Assembly: GCF_009834535.1 (NCBI RefSeq)
Contig: NC_045696.1
Coordinates: 76,510,001-76,574,000 of the forward strand
DNA length: 64,000 nt
DNA from: Camelus ferus
Lineage: Eukaryota
Direction: 5' to 3'
Part shown: in pieces, positions 1 through 13,540 of the stretch
Position numbering within the stretch: position 1 is the first letter of the stretch
Layout of the letters: each line of letters begins with the position of its first letter
Notes under the pieces: generated by a model
The model's input: the letters and a program-made list of their open reading frames with translations, nothing else
What the model was told of the DNA's origin: nothing
Databases searched by the model: none
Position numbers and translations under genes: made by a program

Positions 1-354
1 CTTATAATATATTCTTAAGCTAAAAAATTTCTGAGTCCATAAACCAGACTTACCACGCTTTAATAGGACATCTAAAAATAGATTATATCTGTGGTTAAGT
101 CAGATGCCCTGGAACATTAAAAATTAAACATTACAAATAGATGACAGCACTAGGTGCTTTTCATAATCCCTGCTTCCTACTGCTTTAGGACTATACTGCT
201 AGTTTTCTGCTGGTGAGTACACCATGCTAAGGCACAAGGCAAAATGCTAAGCTGGGGACGTGGTTTGGTTATGCTGGCTCCATGTTTGGAGAGTTTAGCT
301 CTATACACCCTTGAGGAACCTGGTGTTATCCAGGCTATGTATCCTGTGGTCACA

Positions 355-609
355 ATAGTGGTAATAACTAATATTGTTGAGTGCTTATTGTTTGTCAAAA
401 ATATTTTATATGCACTAACTCATTTATTCTTTTTTTTCTGTTTTGTTATACTCACTTGTTGTTTTATTTTTAACATTCCACACATAAGTGAAACCATACA
501 GTATTTTTCTTCCTTAGTCTCACTTCACTAAGCATAATACTCCCCAGGTCCATCCATGTTGTTGCAAATGGTGATATTTCATTCTTTTTTATGACTGAGT
601 AATATTCCA

Positions 610-642
<33 letters not shown>

Positions 643-1145
643 TATATACCACATCTTCTTTATCCATTCACCTGTCGATTAACACTTAGGTTGCTTCCGT
701 ATCTTGGCTACAGTAAATAATTCTGCTATGAACATTGGGGTGCATATATCTTTTTCAAATTAGTGTTTTCGTTTTCTTCTTTTAACAGGAAGAAGAAATC
801 TTATTTATTTATTTTCTAAGTGTCAATTACTATTTTTGGCATTTTTTAAAATTGAAGTATAGTCAGTTTCAATGTGTCAGTTTCTGGTGTACAGCACAAT
901 GTCCCAGTCATGCATATACATACATATATTCATTTTCATAATAAGTTATTACAAGATATTGAATATAGTTCCCTGAGCTATACAGAAGAAATTTGTGGGG
1001 TTTTTTAAAAATCTATTTTTAAACTCACTTACTCTTAATTTTTTTGATAAAGATATAAGGCACTGAAAGGTTAATTAACTTGCCTAAGTTTACTCAGCTA
1101 GTGAGAAGCAGAGGCAGGACTCACACTTAGGGCATTGATTCTGGC
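355..1145. mobile_element. MIR SINE split by L1 sequence (MIR arms ~355-430 and ~1021-1145)
   Basis: MIR-like 'tattgttgagtgcttatt' and core 'gcactgaaaggttaattaacttgcctaagtttactcagctagtgag' lie on either side of the L1. Confidence 0.7.
432..1020 (-). mobile_element. L1 3'-end fragments (two pieces) with internal (TG)n at ~613-640
   Basis: L1 3'UTR motifs 'ccatccatgttgttgcaaatgg', 'gctatgaacattggggtgca', 'attgaagtatagtc...gaatatagttccctg'; flanked by diverged direct repeat aactcatttattctt / aactcacttactctt. Confidence 0.9.
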
Positions 1146-1459
1146 ACCATACCCTTAACGATTCCATGCACAGCCTCCTCTATGGGATGACTGCCAAGTG
1201 CCATGAGGAGAGAGGCTGGGACTCTTGTATTCTCATTTTATTCACAGTCTGGTTCTGGGTACGTATTCAATAAATATACCTAAATAATGAATAAATGGTA
1301 TTGGTGTTCCTCAATCAGTTGCAAGGTATTTTGCAGCTGCTTTTTTGAATGACAAAAAAAAAAAAAGCAAGCTTCAAAGTGTCAACTTTAAAAAAACAAA
1401 ATAGAGCAGACTCAAGGTTGACTGGAAAATGGTGTTATTCTTTACTCATATGCCTTTTA

Positions 1460-1810
1460 ATATTGTAATAAACAAACCCAAATATCTCAGTGGCTTAACA
1501 CATGAGAGTGTTCTTCTAACTGACAGCATGTCCACTATAGGTTGAGCAAGCTGGCAGGGCAGCTGTCCTCCATACAGTGCCTCAGGACGCAGGCTGCTTC
1601 CAGTGCCCCAACATCCCAGGGCAGGGCTCAGAAAAGAAGCTGCAAGGTCAAGCAGTTTACACCTCAGCCTGAAGCGATGTGTAAATGACGTGCCGCTTCC
1701 ACTCAGAAGTTGTTGACCAAAACTGGTTACACAACCCCAACTAACCACATGGGATCTGATCAGTGCTTCTTCTGTATTCTGAGCAGGGAACTGGATATAG
1801 GCAAGCCCTA
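1460..1810 (-). mobile_element. MaLR (MLT1-type) solo LTR
   Basis: Starts with the reverse complement of the MLT1 3' end ('aacaaacccaaatatctcagtggcttaacaca'). Confidence 0.7.
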
Positions 1811-2049
1811 GTGATGCCCTCCATAGAGAGGAAGGAGTGGGCATTCGGTAGGTGCTGGGATTGCTCATACCATTAGAAAGGTCTGTTGAAATGTGTCACA
1901 CTGACCAGTGTTGCCTTAGGGGTAGGAGAGAAATAAGTGGGAAGGCATCATTAAAAAGGCACAGGGAGAGGATGTTATCGTGTCTCCTTTCTGTTCATGA
2001 GTTGGAGAATTTGTACATAGTTCGTCTATATGCACATACAGAATGAAGA

Positions 2050-2900
2050 AAATTACCTTACCATGTACAAAACAAAACATTTTCAATGAGTTAAAGAGCT
2101 AAATGTAAAAAAAAAAAAAATCTATAAAAGTATTTGCAGACATAGAGGAGAGTATGATTGTTTCCTTAAGCTAGGGAAGTTCATCCTAAGCAAGACATAG
2201 TACATAACTTATGGAGGAAAAAGACTGACCTTTAACTATAGAAAAACTAAAACTTCTCTTTGACAGAAGACACTGCAAACAAATTAGAAAAAGAATTGAC
2301 ACACTGAGAGAATATATTTTCAACCTGTCTAACAGAGAAAAGAATTAACAGTCAAAATATATAAGAAATCCTATATATTAAAAAAAGACCAAATAACAAA
2401 ACCAGAAAATACCCCAAAGCATTGAAGAGGAAACACCAAGTGCCAGTAAGCTCATGAAAAGATGCTTTACCTCACTAATAATCAAGAAAAAGCAAACTAA
2501 AACAGCAAAGAGATACTTTTAACTCTTGAGATTGGCAAAAATCAACATGATTAATATGAGTCTTAGAAACATTGGCAGAGTTACACCTTCCTGTATAATG
2601 TTGGTGGGAATATAGATGGAGGTACTTTTCTGAAGGTTATTTGGCAGTAGTTATTAAAATACAGATTCCGTTCAACCCAGCAATATCACCTCTAGAATTT
2701 TATACTATAGAAACTTGTATGTACGCAAAGATGCATTGGTAGGATGTTTGTTAAAGCATTATGCATAGTAGGGCAAAAAGTGAAAACAACTTAATGTTCA
2801 ACAATATTGAAGCATGAAGTAAATTATAGTGTATCTGTGCCATAGACTATTACACATAGCAGTAAAGCAGACTGAGATGAAAGTAATTAGAAACAGCAGG
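2050..2900 (+). mobile_element. Old L1M (L1ME-like) ORF2 3' end / 3'UTR fragment
   Basis: A-rich decayed L1 motifs 'aaagagctaaatgtaaaa', 'atgaaaagatgctttacctcactaataatcaag', 'tcaacccagcaat'. Confidence 0.75.
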
Positions 2901-5239
2901 AAAAATAAAAGCAAAACCCCACAATAAAAGGTGTGACATTAATATTTTTTAATGCAGCAGGATGTTGAGCAATTGGTAAACTGGAATAGGGAGAATTCAT
3001 TGTAATATCGACTATCAACTGTGTTGCGACACCAGAAAAACAGAGAAGGAAATACATTATTTTTCTCTGCAATGAACAGTATTTACATTGTCCTGATACT
3101 ATAAATGCTGTTTATTACATTTCATCTTTTAGAATCATCCTACAAAGTGAAAAACATAAGTAAGGTTATAAAAGATACAAAAAGTTACCAAAAATTGTTA
3201 CTAGCCATAACGATGTTATGATAAGAATAGCCCCAGCATAATGTGGTTGATGGACAGGGCTGGGAAGCAGGATGGGGGCAGAAGTCAGCGTGCTAACAGC
3301 CTTGTCTCTCAGAGGAAGGAGAAACACTGTCGGGACAGCTCTGCTTGGTTTGTAGTGCTTTAAACTTCTGTAATGTGAATGTACGCGTATGCCCTTTGTG
3401 CACTAATAAATTTAAATTTTAAATTCAATTTTTTAAGAAAAAGAAAACAAGGTGTGAGAATAATTTTTTGAAAGCCCACAAAGATCTAATTTAAATATCT
3501 CGATATATCTGTGGGTGTATTTTTTTTATCCAATTATTGGGAAAAACCTTTCTATTTTCCACATTAGTGTGTAGAGTAGAATCAGTCTTGAAATTTAGTA
3601 CATTTTTTAGATGCTTGCTAGTATATTCATGTAAGGAATTCAGAGTATTCTTTAATTTTCCCTTTCAGATCAATGTGTATTCAGTAACACACTTGGAATT
3701 TCTATTAATGTTACATTAATATAATACCAAATGAGAAAAACAGAACAGAAACATCACCCTACGATGATTTTAAAAGCATTTAATTATCCAATATAATTAT
3801 TTCTTAAGCCTCAATTATAATATTACCTAACTGAAATACCAGCTGTGTTGTTTCATAGATAAAAGTGGTGGCATTAAAAAAAAATATATCTATTTACTAT
3901 TAGAAACAACTTGTCCTCCAATTTCCTGAGCTGTGTAGCTTCCTACCTCACGTTAAAATGAAGGGGAAAGTTGAGGCACAAAAGTGCGTTAATAAGAGCT
4001 ATTTCCACGCTGACTTGTTATCTGTTCCCTCTGTATCTCCCCCGATGAGCAGGGTGGTGCCTGCCCAATCCCTACACAAAGCATCAAAGAGCCTCTGCCT
4101 CCTAGAGTCTGGAGGTCAGCTGCTGAACTCTGCTGACTTCACAGTCTTGAGCCCCAGGGGACGAGATGACAAAGGCTGCCCCTCACCTTCAACAGAGGGA
4201 AAAGCCAAGGATGGCTGCCTTCTCCCTTCTGCCTTCCAAACCTCTCACCAGTGCATCAGATTGGCAGAGCCCAAATGAGATCTGAAACCTGTTGGCAATG
4301 AAATATGAGAAATGTTGTTCTCAGGTTTCTAGACCCTGCAAAGCAGGGGAGATGTGAGTGTATAAGGGCCAGACACTCATAAACAATGTTCAGCCCACTT
4401 GTGCACTGCCAAATTAATATGAGTAGCTGTGTTTGACTAGAATAGAAGCATTGAATATGGGTGGAGAAGACTAATCACTGGTTAGAGAGAGTTGGAGAGG
4501 GAGATGGAGGGGGAGAAGAAGCTAGACAAAGATGGCTCAGGTTAAATGGATGTTTACTAGAGATCTGCAGTGGCCCTTAATCAGGAAAGTTACATCATGA
4601 ACGCACTCCTTTAGGGCAGTGATACTGCGGACCAGCTCGCGAGGACTGTGTGTTTGTGCTGCACGGGAGTGGAAAGAAAAGAGGACAGTAAGAGACTCAA
4701 GTAAGGAAGCCTAACTGTCCTAAGGGGCATTTTTAGGAATCCACAAGTGAGGTTACGCAGGCTGCGGATGAGGATAAAAGTGGCGAGGGTGAAGGCAGAA
4801 GGGCATATGTGAGAGCTATGGCTCCTGGGTCCAAAGAAAGAACCATGTCCCCAAGAATGTTCTTGTGTCCCTCAGCAGCAGCCCACCACCTGACTGATCT
4901 GTGCCTCCCACCCTGGTCTCCTGAGGGAACTGCCTGCCACGGTGACCTCATAGCCTCACCAACCAGCACAGCAGCAATCATCCTTTTCCTAGGAAAGAAT
5001 CCAGGTTTGCTTCTGCATTTTTATCCCCTTTTCCAATTTCTCTGGAGCAGTTACACTAAATATAGAAACGAGGCAGGATGTGCCGAGGAGCCTATCATGT
5101 TCCCTCCCTCTCCCATTGCCTAAAGGAGAACTCCAAACTCTCTTGCCTCAAATCCAACATTCTTACAACTCATGAACTGCACTTTCTACTCCAGCTGCAC
5201 TGGAACACTGCTTCTGTCAGGCTGATCTGACCCTTCCTT

Positions 5240-5440
5240 CACTCATTTATTCAACATGCACTTCAGTCTGCAAATATTTATTGAGTAGCCATTCTGCTTC
5301 AGGCCCTGCTGAGGATTTAAAAGTTAAAATAACAACAACAAAAATTCCTGCATTATGGGATATACATCTAGTAGGGAGACGCAAACAAGAGGTAAAATAT
5401 AAAGTATGTTAGATGGTAAGTGCAAGGAAGAAAAATAGCA
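5240..5440 (-). mobile_element. L2 3' fragment
   Basis: 'tcactcatttattcaac...caaatatttattgag' L2 tail signature. Confidence 0.6.
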
Positions 5441-6158
5441 CAGTGCCCAGCTTCATAGAATTCTCTAACTTTTTTTTTTTTACTGCTGCCTTTCCAAATC
5501 CAGACTACTTTTCAAGATTCAAAGCAAATTCTTCTACTCTGTGCCTTGCCTAATCCCTTCAGCCCACAACAGCCTCATCTTGTTCATTGCCTCTTATCAT
5601 GTGTGTCTTGTCTCTGTGTATTGTTCATGCATACAACGCTCCCCCACTTCTGAAAAAAAAAACTGTCTAGAAGAGATGTGGTTACATGTAAACATAAGAG
5701 CTTGAGAATTTTTCTTTAAAATGTTCAATGAGATCACATGACTTCAGTAGCAAGATGATAATGTTTTATAAGAATGTAATTGATACATCCGAAATAATGA
5801 AGTAAAACTTGGAAGAAAAAGACATGCTGACCTGTGTTGGAAACTGGAGGTTAGGCAATAAAAGGGAAGGGTGGGGTCAAGTCTGGATTGGGACAATTTA
5901 CAAAAAATGAAAAGGTCTTTGTAGTGAAACCATGGCACAGGAGAAAACGGGGTAGAAGAATTTATCTGGAGTAGAAAATTTTGAGAGGAACATTATGAGA
6001 GGAATATGTAAGAGAAAGAATATAAGAACATAGAAAAAGAGTATGTGGAGCAACATCTGAAGAAAAAAAGTGTGTTAATACAACTCTGTTCGTGATAATG
6101 CTCTAAGAAGCTGAATATTTATAACCAGAGCTAGGCTAATCAGAGATCTTCTTTGGAC

Positions 6159-6342
6159 CAGTAATCTTCAAACTTGTTTGATAAGAAAAATCCACTGGCA
6201 TGTTTTTCAAAAATATAAATTCCTGACTCTATCCTCAGACCAACCTGAATTAGACTCTTCTGGGGAAATCTCAAGGAATGTGTGCTTCTGTTTAATATGT
6301 ATTCTGAGTGATTCATTTGATCTGGAAAGTTTGGAAAACACA
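6159..6342. mobile_element. MER5A-like hAT-Charlie MITE
   Basis: Degenerate TIRs 'cagtaatcttcaaactt' / 'aagtttggaaaacacag' and internal 'ctcagaccaacctgaattagactct'. Confidence 0.7.
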
Positions 6343-6399
6343 GCTTGGCAAAGCCTGTGGCAGTGGGTATCAGATTTTACTATCTATAATACTTCTGGT

Positions 6400-6800
6400 T
6401 GTCGTTAGCGTTGAGAAGGACCATAAATAACAATGGCCGAGGTCTAGGATGTTGCTGGCAGAGCTGTTATGTCAGCTCTCTGCCAGTTTGTACTGGAAAG
6501 CTGTGGTAGGTGCTGTTGGTTGGCTGACCAAGAGTCACTGCCAGCTCCCTCACTTTTTTCACTATTGAGTCTGGAGAAGCTGTTCACTTTCCCGAGTACC
6601 CTTGCTCCGACGCATGTCCGCGTGGCACGTATTGGCCAATCAGACGTAAATTGAGGTAACCTAGGGGCTTCTGGATAGGCCTTTGTTTTCTTGGTTTGAA
6701 AGACAGACATGACGCGTACCACCCCACACTTTCTTCCTGGCCTGAATCAGGCACAGTGCCTTTCTAACCACAGCAGCCATCTGGGGATTGAAGGGAGTGA
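6400..6800 (+). mobile_element. Ancient ERVL-class LTR remnant (LTR16/LTR33-like)
   Basis: 'ttggccaatcagacgtaa...ggggcttctgg...ctttgttttc...gcagccatct' motif order typical of these LTRs. Confidence 0.5.
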
Positions 6801-7699
6801 GCGGGGAGGACAAGTCAAGAGTGATGATGGCCCTAGTGTTGTGGGTCTGGATTGCTTGTTGTGGGGAAGAGGAAGAGGAAGAGGAAGAAGGAGGGGTGGG
6901 GGCAAGGGAAGGGGGAAGAGAAGATTTCTGTTTTTAAAAGCCATTTGCAAAGTTGGTTTTCTGTTACTTGCAATGAAAAACATTCTAACTGAAGCAAAGA
7001 AATGGGATAAGCCCAGACCTGAGACAAGAAAAGAGCTGCTCATCTTTAGAAATACTTAAGCATGAAAGGCTAGGGTCGCTTTCTCATTAGGGCAGAGATG
7101 AAGGCAAGAGCGCAAGGATATTGAACCCTAGAATCTGAGTCTCAGGGAGAGTTCTAGAAAGGGAAACGAACAGAGAAAGTTGATACTTATTCCCAGGCTA
7201 TTCTAATAATAAGATATTTGCCCAGGATTAAGGCAGAACTAATTTGCCTTAGCAGGATATATGTTGTAACTTCATAGTCCCCCAACAAAATACAAAATTG
7301 GTACAAACAAGGTATAGTAAGTAGCAAAGGGGGATTCGGGGATCAGGGCATCTGTCGGAGGTCTCCTTGTGCTAAAAGCCAGGCATCTGATAAATTAGTG
7401 ACTTGTTTTCCTGACAGTTTCATCTCTTATAGGGTAAAAGAAACAACCAGATGAACTGCTACTTTGCATTGAATTCTAACCAAAAAAAGAGAGGGAGAAC
7501 TTGTGAAATTAACGTGGAGTCTGAGGAGAAGCGGCCCAAGTCACCTTAGATGGTGTGATACCCAACGATGTCAAATGCGCTCCTATACACCAGGAAGTTA
7601 GATTTGAGGAAGTTGAAAGAAAACATGAGTCAGATTCAAAGGCCTAAAATGCTAAAGGACAGATTACTTTGAAAGCCTTTCAAAAACGAAATTTTCAAC

Positions 7700-8050
7700 T
7701 CAACAAATATTTATTGATCACCAACAACATGGGACAGTCCATACCAGGAGCTGTAATTCTTACTCACAAGGAATTTATGGTCCATGGAGGGAGGAAAATG
7801 AGACAAGCACTCAAATGCACAGCTACCATTTATTGAACATCTACTGCGAAAAACAATATTATTAATAATTTATGAAGAATATTTAAAATATTTACAAATG
7901 CTCTGCAAGGTAGATATTATCCTCAGTTAACAAACAAAGAGACTAAACGTTTAGACTGGTTGCGTAAATTGCTCAAAGCCTCACAGCCCATGAGGAAATG
8001 AGCCACAGCCCCTTTCTCTTGCATTTATTGTAACAGCTTGATCACAGGGG
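7700..8050. mobile_element. L2 fragment followed by MIR
   Basis: 'caacaaatatttattga' (L2) then 'taccatttattgaacatctact...ggtagatattatcctcag...aaattgctcaaagcctcacagc' (MIR). Confidence 0.6.
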
Positions 8051-10858
8051 CCTAGTAAGGCAGAAGGACACTTGGCTGTCTTCTGCTTTCTCCCATGTAT
8101 ATTCAAGAACACAAAAAGTTCACCTGCATGGATTTGGGCCCCCAGACTAGCAGCTTTTAACAATTGACTACAAAGAAATAAAATTAGTTCCATCTTTGAA
8201 ACTGGAAGATCTGCTAAATTTCTGGTAGGAGAATTCATTCCTTGAGTGAAGACTTATCATGATCAATCCTTCTATATTTAAAATTTTTCTCCTAAACTGT
8301 CAGAAACTTAGGTAAATCAGTACTTTAAAAACAACTGCTTAATGATAGAATATGTTAAAACAAAAAAAAAAAAGATTTAGCATTCTACGAGAAGTTATAT
8401 ATTTTAAAAAGTAATCAACTCTTTAATGTTGATAACAATGTAGTTGTACAATATGTTTAGAAGCCTAAACTGTTAATTCGTGGATACAACTATAACAAAA
8501 GAGTGTAACTCTAAACATTTAACAAATTATATAATAGATTAAATTGTTGACTAAACAAAATTTAAGACTTGACCAGCTGTATATGTATGTGGATCAAATT
8601 TGGCATATGTATATGTATCTCTTTTTTCAATGTAAGTGAAGCAAGCTAAATACTCACTTTCTTTTCTCTGACAGCTGATCCTTGCTATAGTTGGAAAATT
8701 AAATTCACCCTCCTATCATTTATCTATGGAAGTTTAACTTACATGTTTTAATTAAAAAAGAATAAAACCAGGAAGGCCACTAGATGTGAGTAGTCCAGGA
8801 ATCATGCCTTCAGAGGTCCCTGACTCCGCTGAAGAGGACAGCAACAAGACATCCTCTCAGCCAAAGAACTTCACTGAATTGAAAGAGGCACGTGACGGAC
8901 CACGCCCTATTTCCTGTGTATTCCTGGAAGGAAAAATACCCAATAAACCGGACATGAAGATGACATGGTAACACTCTTAGTGTACACAACACCAGGTTTC
9001 CTGAAAGTTAAGGGGAAAGTTGGCCATGCTTTTCTTTTAGAGGTCAAAAAGCACTATGTTTAGAAGAAAATAAAATGATGAAGTTTGGTCTATTCACATC
9101 TCCCTTTATGCAGAGAAGTTTAAGATAATTACAAAGCACAATTAATCAGTTATTTGCTTCATACAAGACATATGTATATAGAATTTTCAAAGTCCCCTCA
9201 TTGTTAGGTAGGGCCTGGCATAAATGGCACTGCTGGGGGTTAGCATCCAGCCTGCTCCCTCTGGCCACGCCCTATTCGCTGGCCAGTGGTAGGTCCCTGT
9301 GGAGGAAGGTGTATCTAGGTCTAATTGGTCCACCCAGAGGAGATACAAAGACCTGGGTGAACTGGCTGAGTCCCTAAATGGCCATGGTTTCATGTGTAAG
9401 AAGGACAAAAGAGGTATGGCAGAAAGAGACTTTCTTTTGGAGGCATGGTAATGTTGTATACATTGGCCGTCCTGAGCTCTGTGCCTTCTGGACAGCATAC
9501 ATCTGAGGCTGCAGAGGATAAGGTCACATTGTTCGTGCTTTGCTAGAGGGAGTGAGATGGACCCATTCCTGTGCAAAACTTGCACTTCTCAGCCAAAAGG
9601 TGTTTATATAATCAGGCTGACTCTCAGGAAGGATCACCTTGTCTGTCTGCTGAAAATCATACACCCCTGGCCAATACTATTTTATGGCTTTGATGGGAAG
9701 AATATTCAATCATTTGCTCTCTTCCCACCTCCTTATGATCCTTTCCCCCTCCTTGACCCTTAGTACTTCTTGACCTAGAATCCCAGGGTGTTAGAAAGTG
9801 AAGAATCCTTTGAGACCAAACCCAGCAGCCTCTTGCTTTCTGCATGATAGAACTGAGGCCACTTTGTGCTTTCTGCCCCACTTAATTCTTCTGATATCCG
9901 CTCACATTTTACATCATTCACAAGCTCTAGGAAAATATGAGCTAGAAAAATTTGCTCACTGCAAATCTTGCTCTGCCTAGTCCCAAACCAAAACTGAGGA
10001 GTATGAGAAGAGAAAGAGAGGAAAGAGAAACCAACAGGCTTTGAGAACTTAAAGCACTGCTGACATTCATTCTATCATTTGTATGCCATGCAAACCTTTT
10101 ATTTCATTAGTTAAACACTTCTTTGAGAGTAAGAGCTGTGTCTTTTAAATTATTTTTTAATATATATGGACTCTAGCACAGTATCATGAATGCCCAGGGG
10201 TTTAATAAATATTATTTGTTGATGACGAGCTGCTCTATCCCCTGGCCTCCTAGCAGTATCCCACATAATCATCCCAGACAGATAAGAATCCATCCTGCTT
10301 TTAAAGACCTCCAGGGAGTGAGACTCTAAACCTTCTTCCATAACTCATTTCTGTGTCTAATAAGGCTTAGTGTCCGCTGGAAGATTTTTCCCAAGGAGGT
10401 GGCATTTAGAAATGTTGCACAGGAAACACTGAGCTCCCTCTAAGACACTGGAGCCAGTCACTTGAATGACTAGGAACTATGGGTGGGGCGAGGGTGGGGA
10501 GGTGCTGGCAGAGAGTGGAGTCCTCTGAGGAAGAAAAAGGGTAGAGATTAGGTTCCTGTTCAGCTCAGAGGAAGTGTCATTTTTCCCACTTGTTAGTAGA
10601 ACTGCCCGCTGTTAAAGAGATTTGGATTGGGTAGAAGTCTGGAAGCTGTGGAGTTGGGGAGAGCCCTCTATGATGGTGGGAGGCAAGTCTGCCACTGGAT
10701 ACCCAGCTTTTTACATTTCTCCCTGGAGCTGTCCACGAGGATAAAATTGCCATTACTGTTCCCCATAAATATTCCATGGTCACCAGTGTTAGTTCCTGTT
10801 AATGGAAAAGAAGTATGTATACCCTAGCTATGCTGCAAATGAGAGAATGCTTCCTTTG

Positions 10859-10859
<1 letters not shown>

Positions 10860-10910
<51 letters not shown>
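10860..10910. repeat. Compound microsatellite (TG)n(AG)n
   Basis: Read directly. Confidence 0.98.
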
Positions 10911-12116
10911 ACCTACATGTGTGTGTCCACATGCATATGTGCAAATGAAAGGGTTTGTGGAGGTACAGACCTAGACTGACAGGAGGTGAATAAAAGAAGG
11001 ATTTATAGGAACCTAGCAACCTTTCAAGCCAAAGCAAACTCAGGCAAGGGATCCAAATCAGGGCTGAAAATCAAACTGATACCCAAACAGAGGAACTACA
11101 AATTCAGTGAAAGCTTAGGAGGGGAAGTGGGAGGGTACAGTTGGAAGGAGAAAAGGGGCTGAGGTGAGGAAGTGTAGGTCACAGAAAGTAGTCCTGCTGA
11201 CATATCTGCATGGGAGGGGATGAAACAGGAAAAGGGGGTCGGCAAGATGCAGCTGAGAAGTTAAGTTTCAGCCTAATGGTTGGGATACAGATCAGGGCTT
11301 CCACCCACCCTGTGCCCATGTCCTAGAATGGTGGAAGGGCTCAGGAGTGTGGTGATCAGAGGATCTAGGCTGGGGGAAGGCAGGTTTGTTGCCCGGCCTC
11401 CTGACCAGGGGCTTGGGATGAAATGCAACTGGGATGAAGTAGGTATCACTGGATAGATACTAGAAAGTATTCAGACTAGGAACAACCAAGACAAGTTTCG
11501 AATTCTGCTGTGCCCTGCTTGTATGGAAGAGAGAACATGGTCTGCACCTAGCTAGAAGCTTGCTTTGAGGCAGCTGAGAGCAGGCAAAGCTGGGACACAC
11601 AAGGCGCATAGGGAGGATTGGTGCCTCAATGATGCCCAAGTAATTAGTCACTTAGGAGGAGCTAGGTCAGTTTGGGTGAAAAACGCCGTGGTCTACCATA
11701 CCTTAGCCAGTCCTTCTCAGGGTCCCCATAAACAGAGAAGACAGTTGATTGGAGAACAGTGGGAAGCAGTGGAATTAAAACCCTAGAACCATGCAAGAAG
11801 CCCTAAGTGGTATTAAGAGCTTAGAGAGGAAGTGTGGGTGGAGGAGTGAGTCATAAATAGTGGTTTGTAGGGCTTCTAAGGATGGTCAACCCCTTGGACA
11901 AGAACAAAGGCTCCATACACTTGTTCCAGCCCCTATTTCTTATTAGCCTCCACAAGCCATTTTCCATAGCCCTGCAGGAACCTGATGTTAGCTTGTTCAA
12001 ATTGTAAATGATTTATTTTATGAATGCTGAATCACAGGGCCGTGGTTAAAGGAAACAATCTTCACATATGAGCAATTCTAATCTGCTCCATAAACTCTTT
12101 TTTTAATCCCTCACCC

Positions 12117-12118
<2 letters not shown>

Positions 12119-12172
<54 letters not shown>
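12119..12172. repeat. (GT)n microsatellite
   Basis: Read directly, ~27 units. Confidence 0.98.
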
Positions 12173-12173
<1 letters not shown>

Positions 12174-12535
12174 GAGTGGGACATCTCTTCCAGATACCAG
12201 CATTGTCTTTAAAGCATAAATCTTGAGGAGCTTTCAGGTCAAAAACTTGAATTCAAGTCCAGAGCTGGCCAGAGCCCTAACATACCATTCCTGCTTTTCT
12301 TGACATTCTCCAATTTCTTTAGCAAATATCTGTGAAAAATAATGAAATACCATTTATTAAACATTTTGGTTAGAGTGGGTCTTTTGTACACTTTTGCTTA
12401 TGTGTTACTAGGTACCTTTTTTACATTAAATCAAGCTGGGGCATTTAACACATTTATCAAATGCAAGCCTGATCTAAGACATTACTGGGAATTCTATGAC
12501 ACACTACTAGCTCAAGTATTTCCCCTATAAATCAG

Positions 12536-12548
12536 GTGTGTGTGTGTG

Positions 12549-12591
<43 letters not shown>
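12536..12591. repeat. Compound microsatellite (GT)n(ATCT)n
   Basis: Read directly. Confidence 0.97.
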
Positions 12592-13289
12592 AGCTGAGAT
12601 TATACATTTTAGAATATAATGTTTTACCACATACTGATCTAGGCTTAAGAAATTGCGAGGGTGTAGGCATGGATCTTAGTTATTACTATTATTCTGATCT
12701 CATATTTTTAAAAGATTACAGAAAAAGGAATCCTTTTTCCATATTTAGGATGTGTTTCATAATCCTCTTTCTAAAGCACTTCTCAAAGTTCCTACTATGC
12801 TACGCTTAATGGTAGACCATGTGGCCCTGTAGGCTGACTGGGGTGAGGGATGGGGCTGGGGGGGTCTGAGAGGGCCCTACATACTCTGTCCACAGCTGAA
12901 AAAGTCTTTAAAATTTCTTTTATCTGAAAACTCCATACTATGTCTTTGTTGTGCTATAAAATTCACCCCCCCTCCACACACACACACACACACACTCACA
13001 CTACCCCTATGAATAAACTGTCCTTTCAAAACAATATACTATGTTTATCTAATAGCATTGTTTCTCATGCTATGTAATTTATCGGATTGAGTAGTTTGGC
13101 ATCACACTTGTGCATTGATTTGGGTTTGGGTTTTTTTGTTTGTTTTTTAGTCAACTTTGTAAGTGGTAAACTTGTAGGCAGCATTCTAAAAAGACTCCAA
13201 ATGAAAAGTTGATCCACTGTTTCAGGTGTATACAATAATGATAACTCACCTTAAGTGCTTACTCTGTGTCCTGTATATTAATAAATAAA

Positions 13290-13540
13290 ACAAACATAAT
13301 CTTCACCATCATGAAGTTCATGGTCTAGTGGACAAGAAATACTAGAGATCAGACAATTAGACAAATACATATAAAATGGCCACCGTGATAAGCCCTGTGA
13401 AGGAGCAGAGTCCTGTTATAAAGGGATCAGATGAATAGTAGGGAGATGTGATCCTGTCCAGTGGTCAAGTAAGTCTTCCCAAGGAAGTGATGCTTGAACT
13501 GAGACCTTAGAGGAGGAGTAGCAGTGACTGCAACACAGAG
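13290..13540 (-). mobile_element. L2 fragment
   Basis: 'catgaagttcatggtctagtgg...gtggtcaagtaagtcttcccaaggaagtgatgcttgaactgagacct' L2 motif. Confidence 0.6.

Noticed and set aside
6621..6635. ERSE-like CGTGG...ATTGG
   Set aside because: Spacer is 5 nt, not the 9 nt of the canonical ERSE
8776..8792. CTCF-like motif GGCCACTAGATGTGAGT
   Set aside because: Lacks the GGC core of CCASYAGRKGGC (two mismatches at key positions)
8786..8971. 61-aa ORF resembling a processed pseudogene fragment
   Set aside because: No recognisable parent protein, poly-A tail or TSD
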